This document shows positions 47,514 through 56,458 of a stretch of DNA of 60,600 bases, piece after piece. Each line of letters opens with the position of its first letter. The first letter of the stretch is position 1. A model generated the notes under the pieces. The model was not told where the DNA came from. It did no database searches and saw nothing but the letters and a program-made list of their open reading frames with translations. Source of the stretch: a virus (Duplodnaviria; Caudoviricetes). The DNA lies in IMG/VR virus record IMGVR_UViG_3300024428_000003, positions 1 to 60,600 of that record. One strand, given 5' to 3'. A program made the position numbers and the translations under genes.

Positions 47514-47660
47514 ATGGAATCAAAAGGATTAGGAGATACAGTAGAAAAATTTACTAAAGCTACTGGTATAAAAAAATTAGCAGATAAAATACCTGGAGGG
47601 TGTGGCTGCAAAAAAAGAAAAGAAACATTAAATAAATATTTCCCATATAAAAATAAATAA
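47514..47660 (+). CDS. Small conserved phage protein (GLGD...TGIK...CGC..RK..LN), not in ORF track
   Basis: 48 aa, MESKGLGDTVEKFTKATGIKK...CGCKKRKETLNKYFP. Confidence 0.65.
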   Translation: MESKGLGDTVEKFTKATGIKKLADKIPGGCGCKKRKETLNKYFPYKNK

Positions 47661-47661
47661 G

Positions 47662-48645
47662 ATGGCATATAAACAAAAAGGCTGCAGTCCTATAACCGCA
47701 AAAATTAAAAGAACAACCCAAGGAGGTATGGTAACACAACCTATATTAAACATGGGTGCTCCTGTTAAAATGAAAATGTCCTCACCTGCTAAAGATAGAT
47801 ATGACGGGCAATCCATTAAAAAAGGAGAAGATGGGCTAGGCACAATAGGGGGAAATCAGAAAGCTAACAACGCCATGCAAGCTATCCCCTCGGATGATAT
47901 TTCTATGACTCCTTATTCAGTAAAAAAAGAGTACGCTAATCTTGTTGAATTAAATCCAAAGGTTAAGAAAACCGGCGTGATACACGGACCAAAGGTTAGT
48001 TACGATATGGCTTATGAGAAAGCTAAGAAAACTAAAAGGTATGCGGGTATGTCAAAAGCTGATTATATAAAGGAAGCGAAAAGACAAACAAAATCTTTTA
48101 CTGGAACAGGAAACTGGGATGCTAAGCCGAAAAAAAGGAAAAAGGTAGCAGCTGTTTCAACGATTAAGTCAACAGGTATTAAGCCTTTATCAGTAGAAAC
48201 AAAATTGACAGGAAAAATAGATGCTGCTGTTATAAAGCCTAAAGGTAAAAAAGTAGAGCCTACTAAAAAGCAAACTAGAAAAACAAAGTCTATTGATAAA
48301 AAATTAGCTAAAGCTAAAACTGCTAGAGATGCTGGAAACATTAAAAAAGCAGAAAGAAAAGAAAGAGCTGCAGAAAGAAAAGCGGCTAGAGTAGCAAGAA
48401 GAGCAACTAAAGCTGCTAAGCCTTCAGTAGCTAAACAAACACAAAAGCAGAAAGCTTCTAAAAAGGCTAAAACTGCCTATACTAAAAAGCTTAACAAGAG
48501 CGCACGTAAACCCGGCTATGTAAAGCACCCAACTTACACTTTGAACGGTGAGCCGCTAGAATATAACCCTAAATATGATCCGAAAAATCTAATAACTGAT
48601 CAATCACAAAAAAGGGATAAAGCGTCGTTAAAGGACAATAAATAA
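47662..48645 (+). CDS. Highly basic Lys/Ala-rich protein (histone H1-like composition)
   Basis: 327 aa; K/A/R-rich C-terminal half. Confidence 0.65.
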   Translation: MAYKQKGCSPITAKIKRTTQGGMVTQPILNMGAPVKMKMSSPAKDRYDGQSIKKGEDGLGTIGGNQKANNAMQAIPSDDISMTPYSVKKEYANLVELNPKVKKTGVIHGPKVSYDMAYEKAKKTKRYAGMSKADYIKEAKRQTKSFTGTGNWDAKPKKRKKVAAVSTIKSTGIKPLSVETKLTGKIDAAVIKPKGKKVEPTKKQTRKTKSIDKKLAKAKTARDAGNIKKAERKERAAERKAARVARRATKAAKPSVAKQTQKQKASKKAKTAYTKKLNKSARKPGYVKHPTYTLNGEPLEYNPKYDPKNLITDQSQKRDKASLKDNK

Positions 48646-48647
48646 AA

Positions 48648-49043
48648 ATGAAAAAAATATGGGAATGGCTATCAGGTAGCGTTATCAAAGAGGTTGGTAA
48701 CGTTATCGATAAGCTTACAACAACCAAGGAGGAAAAACTTGAGGCGCATAGGCTTATAACTGAAATATTAGAAAAAGCAGATAAAGAGGCTCAAGAACAA
48801 GTTACCGCAAGATGGGAATCAGATATGAAATCTGACTCTTTTCTTTCTAAAAATATTCGGCCAGCTGTTCTTATATATTTAACATTTATATTTACGGTAT
48901 GTGCATTTTTCGATGGCAACATTGGGGAATTCGTAATAGCCGAGGAATATATACCAATATTTCAAACATTGTTAGTGACGGTTTATGGTGCTTATTTTGT
49001 TGGAAGATCTTGGGAAAAAGCGAAATCAATGCAATCTAAGTAG
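48648..49043 (+). CDS. Putative holin (3TM holin-like)
   Basis: RWESDM.SD.FLSKNIRP plus TM helices and GAYFVGRSWEK. Confidence 0.75.
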   Translation: MKKIWEWLSGSVIKEVGNVIDKLTTTKEEKLEAHRLITEILEKADKEAQEQVTARWESDMKSDSFLSKNIRPAVLIYLTFIFTVCAFFDGNIGEFVIAEEYIPIFQTLLVTVYGAYFVGRSWEKAKSMQSK

Positions 49044-49044
49044 C

Positions 49045-49299
49045 ATGTCAGAACTTAAGCCTAATTTTAAAATACAAAAAACCACTATAATGCAGCTTCC
49101 TGATGATAGATGGAGTTTGCAAGTGGGTTGCCCCGCTTATAGATTTATAGTCGATACACCTCAGGAAATGGTAATACAATATGCAAAATGCTTGTCTGAT
49201 CCGGAGAATTGGTTCAAAGAAAACAAAGCGGCTATGGGTAATAAAGTATTAAAAGATGTTGATTTAGACGTAATTATTAATTATCTAAAGCAAAAATAA
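49045..49299 (+). CDS. Hypothetical protein
   Basis: Likely start ATG 49045. Confidence 0.55.
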   Translation: MSELKPNFKIQKTTIMQLPDDRWSLQVGCPAYRFIVDTPQEMVIQYAKCLSDPENWFKENKAAMGNKVLKDVDLDVIINYLKQK

Positions 49300-49325
49300 A
49301 AAAAATAACAATTAAATTTAATTAA

Positions 49326-49568
49326 ATGAGTAAATTAGAAAAAAAAGAGCTGGACGAATTGCAAGCCGGCATACACAAGATTAATAATCTTCAATTGCAA
49401 ATAGGGGGTATAGAAGCACAGAAGCACGAGTTATTACACGCTATAACCGAGGCGTCTAAAGAGTTCCAATCTAAGCAGTCTGAGTTACAAGACAAATACG
49501 GTAAAGTAGACATAGATATATCTACAGGCGAAATAAAAGAGAAAGATGAGTCTATTAAGGAAGATTAG
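49326..49568 (+). CDS. Hypothetical coiled-coil protein
   Basis: 80 aa ending KYGKVDIDISTGEI. Confidence 0.65.
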   Translation: MSKLEKKELDELQAGIHKINNLQLQIGGIEAQKHELLHAITEASKEFQSKQSELQDKYGKVDIDISTGEIKEKDESIKED

Positions 49569-49764
49569 CATAGGTAAAGACTATAAGAATGATGCGATGC
49601 ACTACGCAGTAGGTCAAGAGGTTTACGGCGGGCATACTATAGTTAATATTATAGAAGAGAAAGATAAGTACTCTATTTATATACAGAAAGGGGACGACGT
49701 GTTACCTTGGAAAGATTTCAATAAAAACATGGCAATAGCTATTGAATATAATATAGATTATTAA
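49546..49764 (+). CDS. Hypothetical protein
   Basis: 72 aa ORF. Confidence 0.65.
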   Translation: MSLLRKISIGKDYKNDAMHYAVGQEVYGGHTIVNIIEEKDKYSIYIQKGDDVLPWKDFNKNMAIAIEYNIDY

Positions 49765-50355
49765 ATGAAAGCTATTTTTGAGTTTATTGTAAAACCTAAA
49801 AACAGCAGGACCAATAATGAAAAAGTAATTGGTGATTCAAAACTTATATTAAATACAGAATTGCAAAATCACAATTATGTAAGTAGAGAAGGTATAGTGA
49901 TAGCAATACCACTAGGAATTGAAACAAGCATAAAAATAGGTGATGAGGTTATTGTACACCATAATGTTTTTAGAAGGTATAGAGATATACGAGGAAATGA
50001 AAAGAATAGCAAAAGCTATTTCGAAAATGACACTTTTTTTGTAAGCGCTGATCAAGTATATGCTTATAAAAGAAAAAATAAATGGGAAGCTTGTAAAGGT
50101 TATAATTTTGTAAAACCCATTCATGAAGATAAAATGTTTTCTATTAATTTTGAAAAGCCATTAATAGGAGTTATTAAAACAAAAGATCCAGATCTCAAAG
50201 ACGTTGAAGAGCAGGATTTAATAGGCTTTAAACCTAGTAGCGAGTACGAGTTTATAATAGACAGGCAAAAGCTATATAGAGTACCAACTAATCAAATCAC
50301 AATCAAATATGAACGTCAAGGAAACGAAAAAGAATATAATCCAAGCTGGGCATAG
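49765..50355 (+). CDS. GroES-fold protein (probable tandem domains)
   Basis: GIVIAIP...IKIGDEVIVHH; second half FVKPI...GVIK...DLIGF...YEF.ID..KLYRV. Confidence 0.55.
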   Translation: MKAIFEFIVKPKNSRTNNEKVIGDSKLILNTELQNHNYVSREGIVIAIPLGIETSIKIGDEVIVHHNVFRRYRDIRGNEKNSKSYFENDTFFVSADQVYAYKRKNKWEACKGYNFVKPIHEDKMFSINFEKPLIGVIKTKDPDLKDVEEQDLIGFKPSSEYEFIIDRQKLYRVPTNQITIKYERQGNEKEYNPSWA

Positions 50356-50584
50356 AGCAGTAGAAGAATTAATAAAAGTAGCTAAAGAAGCTATCGTTGA
50401 TTCGGGAGACGATATTACTGCTGATAGATTAAAGAATGCAGCAGCAACTAAAAAGCTAGCTATTTTTGACGCTTTCGAAATACTAAACAGAATACAAGAA
50501 GAACAGAACTTACTAGACGATAAGCCGAAAGAAGAAGTTAAAAAAGAGGCTTTTAAAGGTTTTGCTGAAAAAAGATCTAGGTAA
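50309..50584 (+). CDS. Putative terminase small subunit
   Basis: 91 aa, helical; stop overlaps the terL start. Confidence 0.55.
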   Translation: MNVKETKKNIIQAGHRAVEELIKVAKEAIVDSGDDITADRLKNAAATKKLAIFDAFEILNRIQEEQNLLDDKPKEEVKKEAFKGFAEKRSR

Positions 50585-52797
50585 TGTATAAGCAAAATCT
50601 ATACAGTGTAATAACGCCAATAAAGCAAAATACTATATCTAGGCTAAATAAGTCTAGAAAATGGAAATACGGCTACAATAAAGAAAATGATGTAGTTGTA
50701 ATAAGCAAGACAGGGCAGATAGGTGAAGTGTACAATATACAAGGATTAAAAATAGCTTTACCTAAAGTTCCTGCTAAATTAGATAAATCAAATAACAAGT
50801 GGACAGTTGAAGAATATCCAAAAGAATTAAAACAAATACAAAGTGTTTTTGATTGGAGGGATTACCCTGATGCTTTTCATAAAAAATGGGAACCATATAT
50901 AGATGAACAATTTAAACGCAGAGAAGAAGGCCATTGGTTCAATAATAAAAGTGTGGCTACTTACATTACTGGCACTCACTTTATGTACTTGCAGTGGTCC
51001 AAAATTGATGTTGGGTTCCCAGACTTTAGGGAAGCAAACAGATTATTCTTCATTTTCTGGGAGGCTTGCAAAGCCGACACCCGGGCTTATGGAATGTGTT
51101 ATCTTAAAAACCGTAGATCAGGGTTCTCTTTTATGTCCTCAGCTGAGTCAGTTAACCTTGCTACAATTTCCTCGGATTCACGGTTCGGCATATTGTCCAA
51201 ATCGGGTTCCGATGCTAAGAAGATGTTCACAGATAAGGTGGTACCAATTTCCGTCAACTATCCCTTCTTTTTCAAACCGATCCAAGACGGTATGGACCGC
51301 CCCAAGACCGAGCTTGCCTATAGAATACCTGCCAGTAGACTCACTAGAAAATCCATACAAAATAAACAAGATCAGGAACTCCTCGAGGGTCTCGATACCA
51401 CTATCGACTGGAAGAACACGGGCGACAACTCCTACGATGGGGAGAAGCTTAAACTCCTCGTCCATGATGAATCGGGTAAATGGGAGAAGCCGGACAACAT
51501 CCTCAACAACTGGAGGGTTACGAAAACAACGCTAAGATTAGGAAGCAGAATTATTGGTAAGTGTATGATGGGATCAACATCAAACGCTTTAGATAAGGGA
51601 GGTGAAAATTTCAAAAAGTTATTCAACGATTCTAATGTTTTAAAAAGAAACAGAAATGGACAAACCAAGTCAGGACTCTATTCTTTGTTCATACCTATGG
51701 AATGGAACTACGAAGGATTCATTGATTCTTTTGGAATGCCTGTCTTCGATAAGCCACCAGAGGATTGTGTTGGCCCTCACGGGGAACAAATAGACCAAGG
51801 AGTAATAGAGCATTGGAATAATGAAGTAGAAGGATTAAAAGGAGACCAAGATGCTCTTAATGAATTTTATAGACAATTCCCTAGGACAGAGGAGCACGCA
51901 TTTAGAGATGAGACTAAAAACAGTATATTTAATTTAGTTAAAATATACGAGCAAATAGACTACAACGAAGACTTAAGCAATTCTAATGTAATAACAACAG
52001 GAAGCTTTAGTTGGGAGAACGGAATAAAAGACACTAAAGTTAGATTTACGCCAAATCCTAACGGTAGGTTTAAATTATCTTGGGTGCCTACAGTTGCATT
52101 ACAAAATAAACAAGTAATTAAAAACAATATGAAAAGCCCAGGTAATGATCACATGGGTGCATTCGGATGCGATAGTTACGATATATCAGGCACAACTGAC
52201 GGTAGAGGTTCAAAGGGGGCTTTGCATGGGTTAACTAAGTTTAGCTTAGAAGATCATCCGCCTAATACTTTTTTCCTTGAATACGTAGCAAGACCTCAAA
52301 CAGCTGAGATGTTTTTTGAAGATGTATTAATGGCATGTGTATTTTACGGGATGCCTTTATTATGTGAGAACAACAAGCCAAGGTTGCTTTATTATTTTAA
52401 AAGAAGAGGTTATAGAGGGTACTCAATGAACAGACCCGATAAAATATGGAACAAGTTATCCGTAACAGAAAAAGAAATAGGCGGAATACCTAATTCAAGT
52501 GAAGATATAAAACAAGCACACGCTGCGGCAATTGAATCTTATATAGATCAACACGTAGGATTAAAGAGTGACGGGCAATACGGTACAATGTACTTTAATG
52601 AAACTTTAAACGATTGGTCAAAGTTTGACATAAACAAAAGAACAAAGTTTGATGCTGCTATAAGTTCTGGTCTCGCCATTATGGCTTGCAATAGGAATTT
52701 ATACCGCCCCGTGCCTCAACTAGAAAAAAGAAAATTAAATTTAAGAATAGCTAAATACACCAATTCAGGTGCGTTTTCCAAAATAATAGAAAAATAA
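50584..52797 (+). CDS. terL: Terminase large subunit
   Basis: KNRRSGFS Walker A, LLVHDESGK Walker B, GSTSN, nuclease FGCDSYD ... FDAAISSG. Confidence 0.93.
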   Translation: MYKQNLYSVITPIKQNTISRLNKSRKWKYGYNKENDVVVISKTGQIGEVYNIQGLKIALPKVPAKLDKSNNKWTVEEYPKELKQIQSVFDWRDYPDAFHKKWEPYIDEQFKRREEGHWFNNKSVATYITGTHFMYLQWSKIDVGFPDFREANRLFFIFWEACKADTRAYGMCYLKNRRSGFSFMSSAESVNLATISSDSRFGILSKSGSDAKKMFTDKVVPISVNYPFFFKPIQDGMDRPKTELAYRIPASRLTRKSIQNKQDQELLEGLDTTIDWKNTGDNSYDGEKLKLLVHDESGKWEKPDNILNNWRVTKTTLRLGSRIIGKCMMGSTSNALDKGGENFKKLFNDSNVLKRNRNGQTKSGLYSLFIPMEWNYEGFIDSFGMPVFDKPPEDCVGPHGEQIDQGVIEHWNNEVEGLKGDQDALNEFYRQFPRTEEHAFRDETKNSIFNLVKIYEQIDYNEDLSNSNVITTGSFSWENGIKDTKVRFTPNPNGRFKLSWVPTVALQNKQVIKNNMKSPGNDHMGAFGCDSYDISGTTDGRGSKGALHGLTKFSLEDHPPNTFFLEYVARPQTAEMFFEDVLMACVFYGMPLLCENNKPRLLYYFKRRGYRGYSMNRPDKIWNKLSVTEKEIGGIPNSSEDIKQAHAAAIESYIDQHVGLKSDGQYGTMYFNETLNDWSKFDINKRTKFDAAISSGLAIMACNRNLYRPVPQLEKRKLNLRIAKYTNSGAFSKIIEK

Positions 52798-52801
52798 AAA
52801 T

Positions 52802-55228
52802 ATGGCTGAGTCAGTTATAACAAGTTATTTTCCGAGCCAAATAGCGAGCGATGAAGAAAAGATGTCACTAGATTATGGTACATCTATCGGTAGAGCTATA
52901 GAGAACGAGTGGTTCAAAACCGATAACGGCCTAGGTAGGTTTAAAAGTAATCAAAACACTTTTCACAATCTTAGATTGTATGCAAGAGGCGAACAAGGAA
53001 TACAAAAATATAAAGATGAGTTGTCTATCAATGGTGACTTGTCGTATTTGAATTTAGATTGGAAGCCTGTTCCGGTTATACCCAAGTTTGTAGATATAGT
53101 AGTAAACGGAATGTCAGAAAGAACTTTTGACATAAAAGCTTATTCGCAAGATCCATACGGCGTTGAGAAACGTACAAGATACATGGAAGCTATCATAAGA
53201 GATATGCAAACTAAAGAGATAAACGAGTTTGCAGCAGCTGAATTTGGGGTTAATTTATTTGAAACAGATCAAGAGACTTTACCAAAGAACAAAGAAGAGC
53301 TCGATTTACACATGCAGCTTAGCTATAAGCAACAAGTAGAATTAGCCGAAGAACAAGCGCTTAATGTTTTATTAGAGGGCAATAAGTATGATTTAATAAA
53401 AAGAAGATGTAATTACGATTTAACCACTATAGGTATAGGGGCTGTTAAGAATTCATTCTCTAAAGCAGAAGGAGTTAAGGTTGAATACGTTGATCCTGTC
53501 AACTTAGTTTGGTCATATACTGAATCACCTTATTTTGATGATATATATTATGTAGGTGAAATTAGAAGAGTTCATTTAAACGAGCTTAAAAAAGAATTTC
53601 CTGGTCTTACTAATGACGATTTATCTGAAATATCAAGTCAGTCATACAATAATAACGGCTTTTATGACCGCACGCTGACTAACTATGACGAGGACGATTC
53701 AAACACTGTACAAATATTGTACTTTAATTACAAGACTTTTGCTAATGATGTTTATAAAGTAAAAGAAACAGCAACAGGAGCTGAAAAAACTATACCTAAA
53801 AGCGATGATTTTAATCCGCCGCCAGAATTGATGGAGGAGTACGGAATATCAAAAGCTTCTCAATCCCTAGAGGTTTTATACGAAGGAGTAAAAGTATTAG
53901 GAGGTAAGATGCTTAAATGGGAAATGGCTAAAAATATGATAAGGCCAAAGAGCGACTATACGAAGGTTAAAATGAATTATAGTATAGTAGCACCTAGAAT
54001 GTATAAAGGTCGAATAGAGAGCATCGTATCACGTATAACAGGGTTTGCGGATATGATTCAGCTTACACATTTGAAGCTTCAACAAGTAATGTCTAGAATG
54101 GTGCCTGACGGTGTTTACTTAGACGCTGATGGTTTAGCTGAAGTTGACTTAGGTAATGGTACAAATTATAATCCCCAAGAAGCGTTGAATATGTTTTTCC
54201 AAACAGGTTCTGTTATTGGTAGATCATTTACGCAAGAGGGAGATATGAATCCTGGCAAAGTACCTATACAGGAATTACAAACAGGCTCAGGCGGAGCAAA
54301 GCTTCAAAGTTTAATAGCTACATATAATTATTATTTGCAAATGATAAGAGATGTAACTGGCCTTAACGAAGCAAGAGATGGAACAACACCAGACGCTAGA
54401 GCTTTAGTGGGTGTTCAAAAACTTGCGGCAGCTAATTCTAATACGGCAACTAGGCATATACTAAACGGTAGTTTATTTTTAACATCGGATTTATGCGATA
54501 ATTTATCGTTAAGAATATCTGATATAATAGAGTACTCTCCAACCAGGGAAGCTTTTATACATAAGATAGGCAACCAGAACGTAGCTGTATTGGAGGAAAT
54601 GTCTAATTTATATTTATATGATTTTGGTATATTTATAGAATTATCACCAGATGAAGAAGAGAAAGCAGTTCTTGAGAATAATATACAAGCTGCGGTTGCA
54701 GCGGGTATGATTGATTTGTCAGACGCAATTGATTTAAGAGATATAAAAAACATAAAGCTAGCTAATCAGTTATTAAAAGTAAGGAAGAAAGAAAAGCAAA
54801 TGCTAGATCAGCAGATGCAACAACAAAATATGCAAGCTCAAGCACAGGCTAACGCTCAAGCAACAGAAGCGGCTGCGATGGCAGAGGTGCAAAAGCAACA
54901 AGCTTTAACTCAGCAAAAAGTTTCTTTTGAACAAGCTAAAGCACAAATTGATGCTCAAAGATTAATGCAAGAAGCTGCTTTAAAGAAAGAGTTAATGCAA
55001 CTAGAATTTTCAATGAACATGCAGCTTAAGGGAGTTGAGGTTCAAGGTAGAAAGTCTGAACTAGCAGAAAAAGAAGATAGAAAAGACGATCGAACTAAAT
55101 TGCAAGCAACACAACAGAGTGAATTAATAAATCAAAGAAAGAATGATTTGCCTCCTAGAAACTTCGAATCCAGTGGAAACGATATACTTAGCGGGGATTT
55201 CGACCTAGGTTCCTTTGATCCTAGGTAA
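52802..55228 (+). CDS. Portal protein
   Basis: 808 aa directly after terL; IPKFVDIVVN; Q/A-rich C-terminal barrel as in P22-like portals. Confidence 0.88.
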   Translation: MAESVITSYFPSQIASDEEKMSLDYGTSIGRAIENEWFKTDNGLGRFKSNQNTFHNLRLYARGEQGIQKYKDELSINGDLSYLNLDWKPVPVIPKFVDIVVNGMSERTFDIKAYSQDPYGVEKRTRYMEAIIRDMQTKEINEFAAAEFGVNLFETDQETLPKNKEELDLHMQLSYKQQVELAEEQALNVLLEGNKYDLIKRRCNYDLTTIGIGAVKNSFSKAEGVKVEYVDPVNLVWSYTESPYFDDIYYVGEIRRVHLNELKKEFPGLTNDDLSEISSQSYNNNGFYDRTLTNYDEDDSNTVQILYFNYKTFANDVYKVKETATGAEKTIPKSDDFNPPPELMEEYGISKASQSLEVLYEGVKVLGGKMLKWEMAKNMIRPKSDYTKVKMNYSIVAPRMYKGRIESIVSRITGFADMIQLTHLKLQQVMSRMVPDGVYLDADGLAEVDLGNGTNYNPQEALNMFFQTGSVIGRSFTQEGDMNPGKVPIQELQTGSGGAKLQSLIATYNYYLQMIRDVTGLNEARDGTTPDARALVGVQKLAAANSNTATRHILNGSLFLTSDLCDNLSLRISDIIEYSPTREAFIHKIGNQNVAVLEEMSNLYLYDFGIFIELSPDEEEKAVLENNIQAAVAAGMIDLSDAIDLRDIKNIKLANQLLKVRKKEKQMLDQQMQQQNMQAQAQANAQATEAAAMAEVQKQQALTQQKVSFEQAKAQIDAQRLMQEAALKKELMQLEFSMNMQLKGVEVQGRKSELAEKEDRKDDRTKLQATQQSELINQRKNDLPPRNFESSGNDILSGDFDLGSFDPR

Positions 55229-55260
55229 TAATAATAGTAATAATTATATAATATTTTATC

Positions 55261-56436
55261 ATGTCAGAAGAAACACAACAAGAAACTCCAGTCGTTGAAG
55301 AAACAACTGCAGTAGAGCAAAACCCAATGTCTTACGACGAAGGCGTTATTAAGGTTAATTTAGACGAGCTTAGTAAACCAAAAGAAGATGCCGTTCCAGA
55401 ACAAGAAACAAATGCAAGCAATGCTCCTCTCGAGCAACCCGAAAACCCGCCAAGTAGCGAAGGAGTGGTTGAAGAAGTACGGGAGCCCATCCAAAATGAA
55501 GAACAGCCCGTTCAAGCTGAGGAATCCGTTATTGAAGAAATAACAGATCAAGTAGAGGAACTAAACGAACAAGTTGAGCAGGCTATAGTTGAAGCGGATG
55601 CTGGTATTGAATTACCAGAAAATATACAAAAAGTGGTTGAGTTTATGGATGAGACCGGGGGAAGCCTGGAGGATTATGTAAAGCTTAACACGGATTACGC
55701 TTCATTAAATGAAACGCAATTATTAAGAGAATATTACGAGAACACCAAACCATATCTTGACAAAGAAGATATTGATGTCCTCATGGAAGACTTTTCTTAT
55801 GACGAGGAGTTAGATGAAGAGAGAGAGGTTAGAAAAGCAAAATTAGCATACAAAGAAGAAGTAGCTAAAGCTAAAAGTCACTTAGAAGGTTTAAAAACCA
55901 AATACTATAAAGAAGTTAAAGCTGGATCTAAATTAAATCCAGAACAAACAAAAGCGGTTGAGTTTTTTAATCGCTATAAAAAAGACAACGAGGAGGCAAC
56001 TAAAATAGCTGCACAACAACAATCTACGTTTAATACTAAAACAGAAAAGCTTTTTTCCAACGATTTCAAAGGTTTTGATTTCAGTGTTGGTGAAAAGAAA
56101 TTTCGTTTCAAAGTTAACAACGCAGATAAAGTTAAGGAGAGTCAATCCGACATCACAAATTTTGTCAAGAAGTTCTTGAATGATAAAAATGAAATGAATG
56201 ATGCGGCCGGATATCACAAATCCTTATTTACAGCTATGAACCCTGATGCGATTGCAAATCACTTTTATCAGCAAGGTAAAACCGACGCAATAAAAGAAAC
56301 GATGTCCAAAGCTAAGAACATTGACATGGATCCGAGAGGGACCCACGAAACTGTCAAAGCTTCTAACGGCTGGACTGTTAAATCAGTATCAGGTGGTCAA
56401 AGTTCTTCCAAGTTGAAAATTAGAAGAAAAAAATAA
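55261..56436 (+). CDS. Scaffolding protein
   Basis: Very acidic N-terminus and basic C-terminal tip; between portal and capsid. Confidence 0.7.
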   Translation: MSEETQQETPVVEETTAVEQNPMSYDEGVIKVNLDELSKPKEDAVPEQETNASNAPLEQPENPPSSEGVVEEVREPIQNEEQPVQAEESVIEEITDQVEELNEQVEQAIVEADAGIELPENIQKVVEFMDETGGSLEDYVKLNTDYASLNETQLLREYYENTKPYLDKEDIDVLMEDFSYDEELDEEREVRKAKLAYKEEVAKAKSHLEGLKTKYYKEVKAGSKLNPEQTKAVEFFNRYKKDNEEATKIAAQQQSTFNTKTEKLFSNDFKGFDFSVGEKKFRFKVNNADKVKESQSDITNFVKKFLNDKNEMNDAAGYHKSLFTAMNPDAIANHFYQQGKTDAIKETMSKAKNIDMDPRGTHETVKASNGWTVKSVSGGQSSSKLKIRRKK

Positions 56437-56458
56437 TTAATATTTAAAATTTACGACT

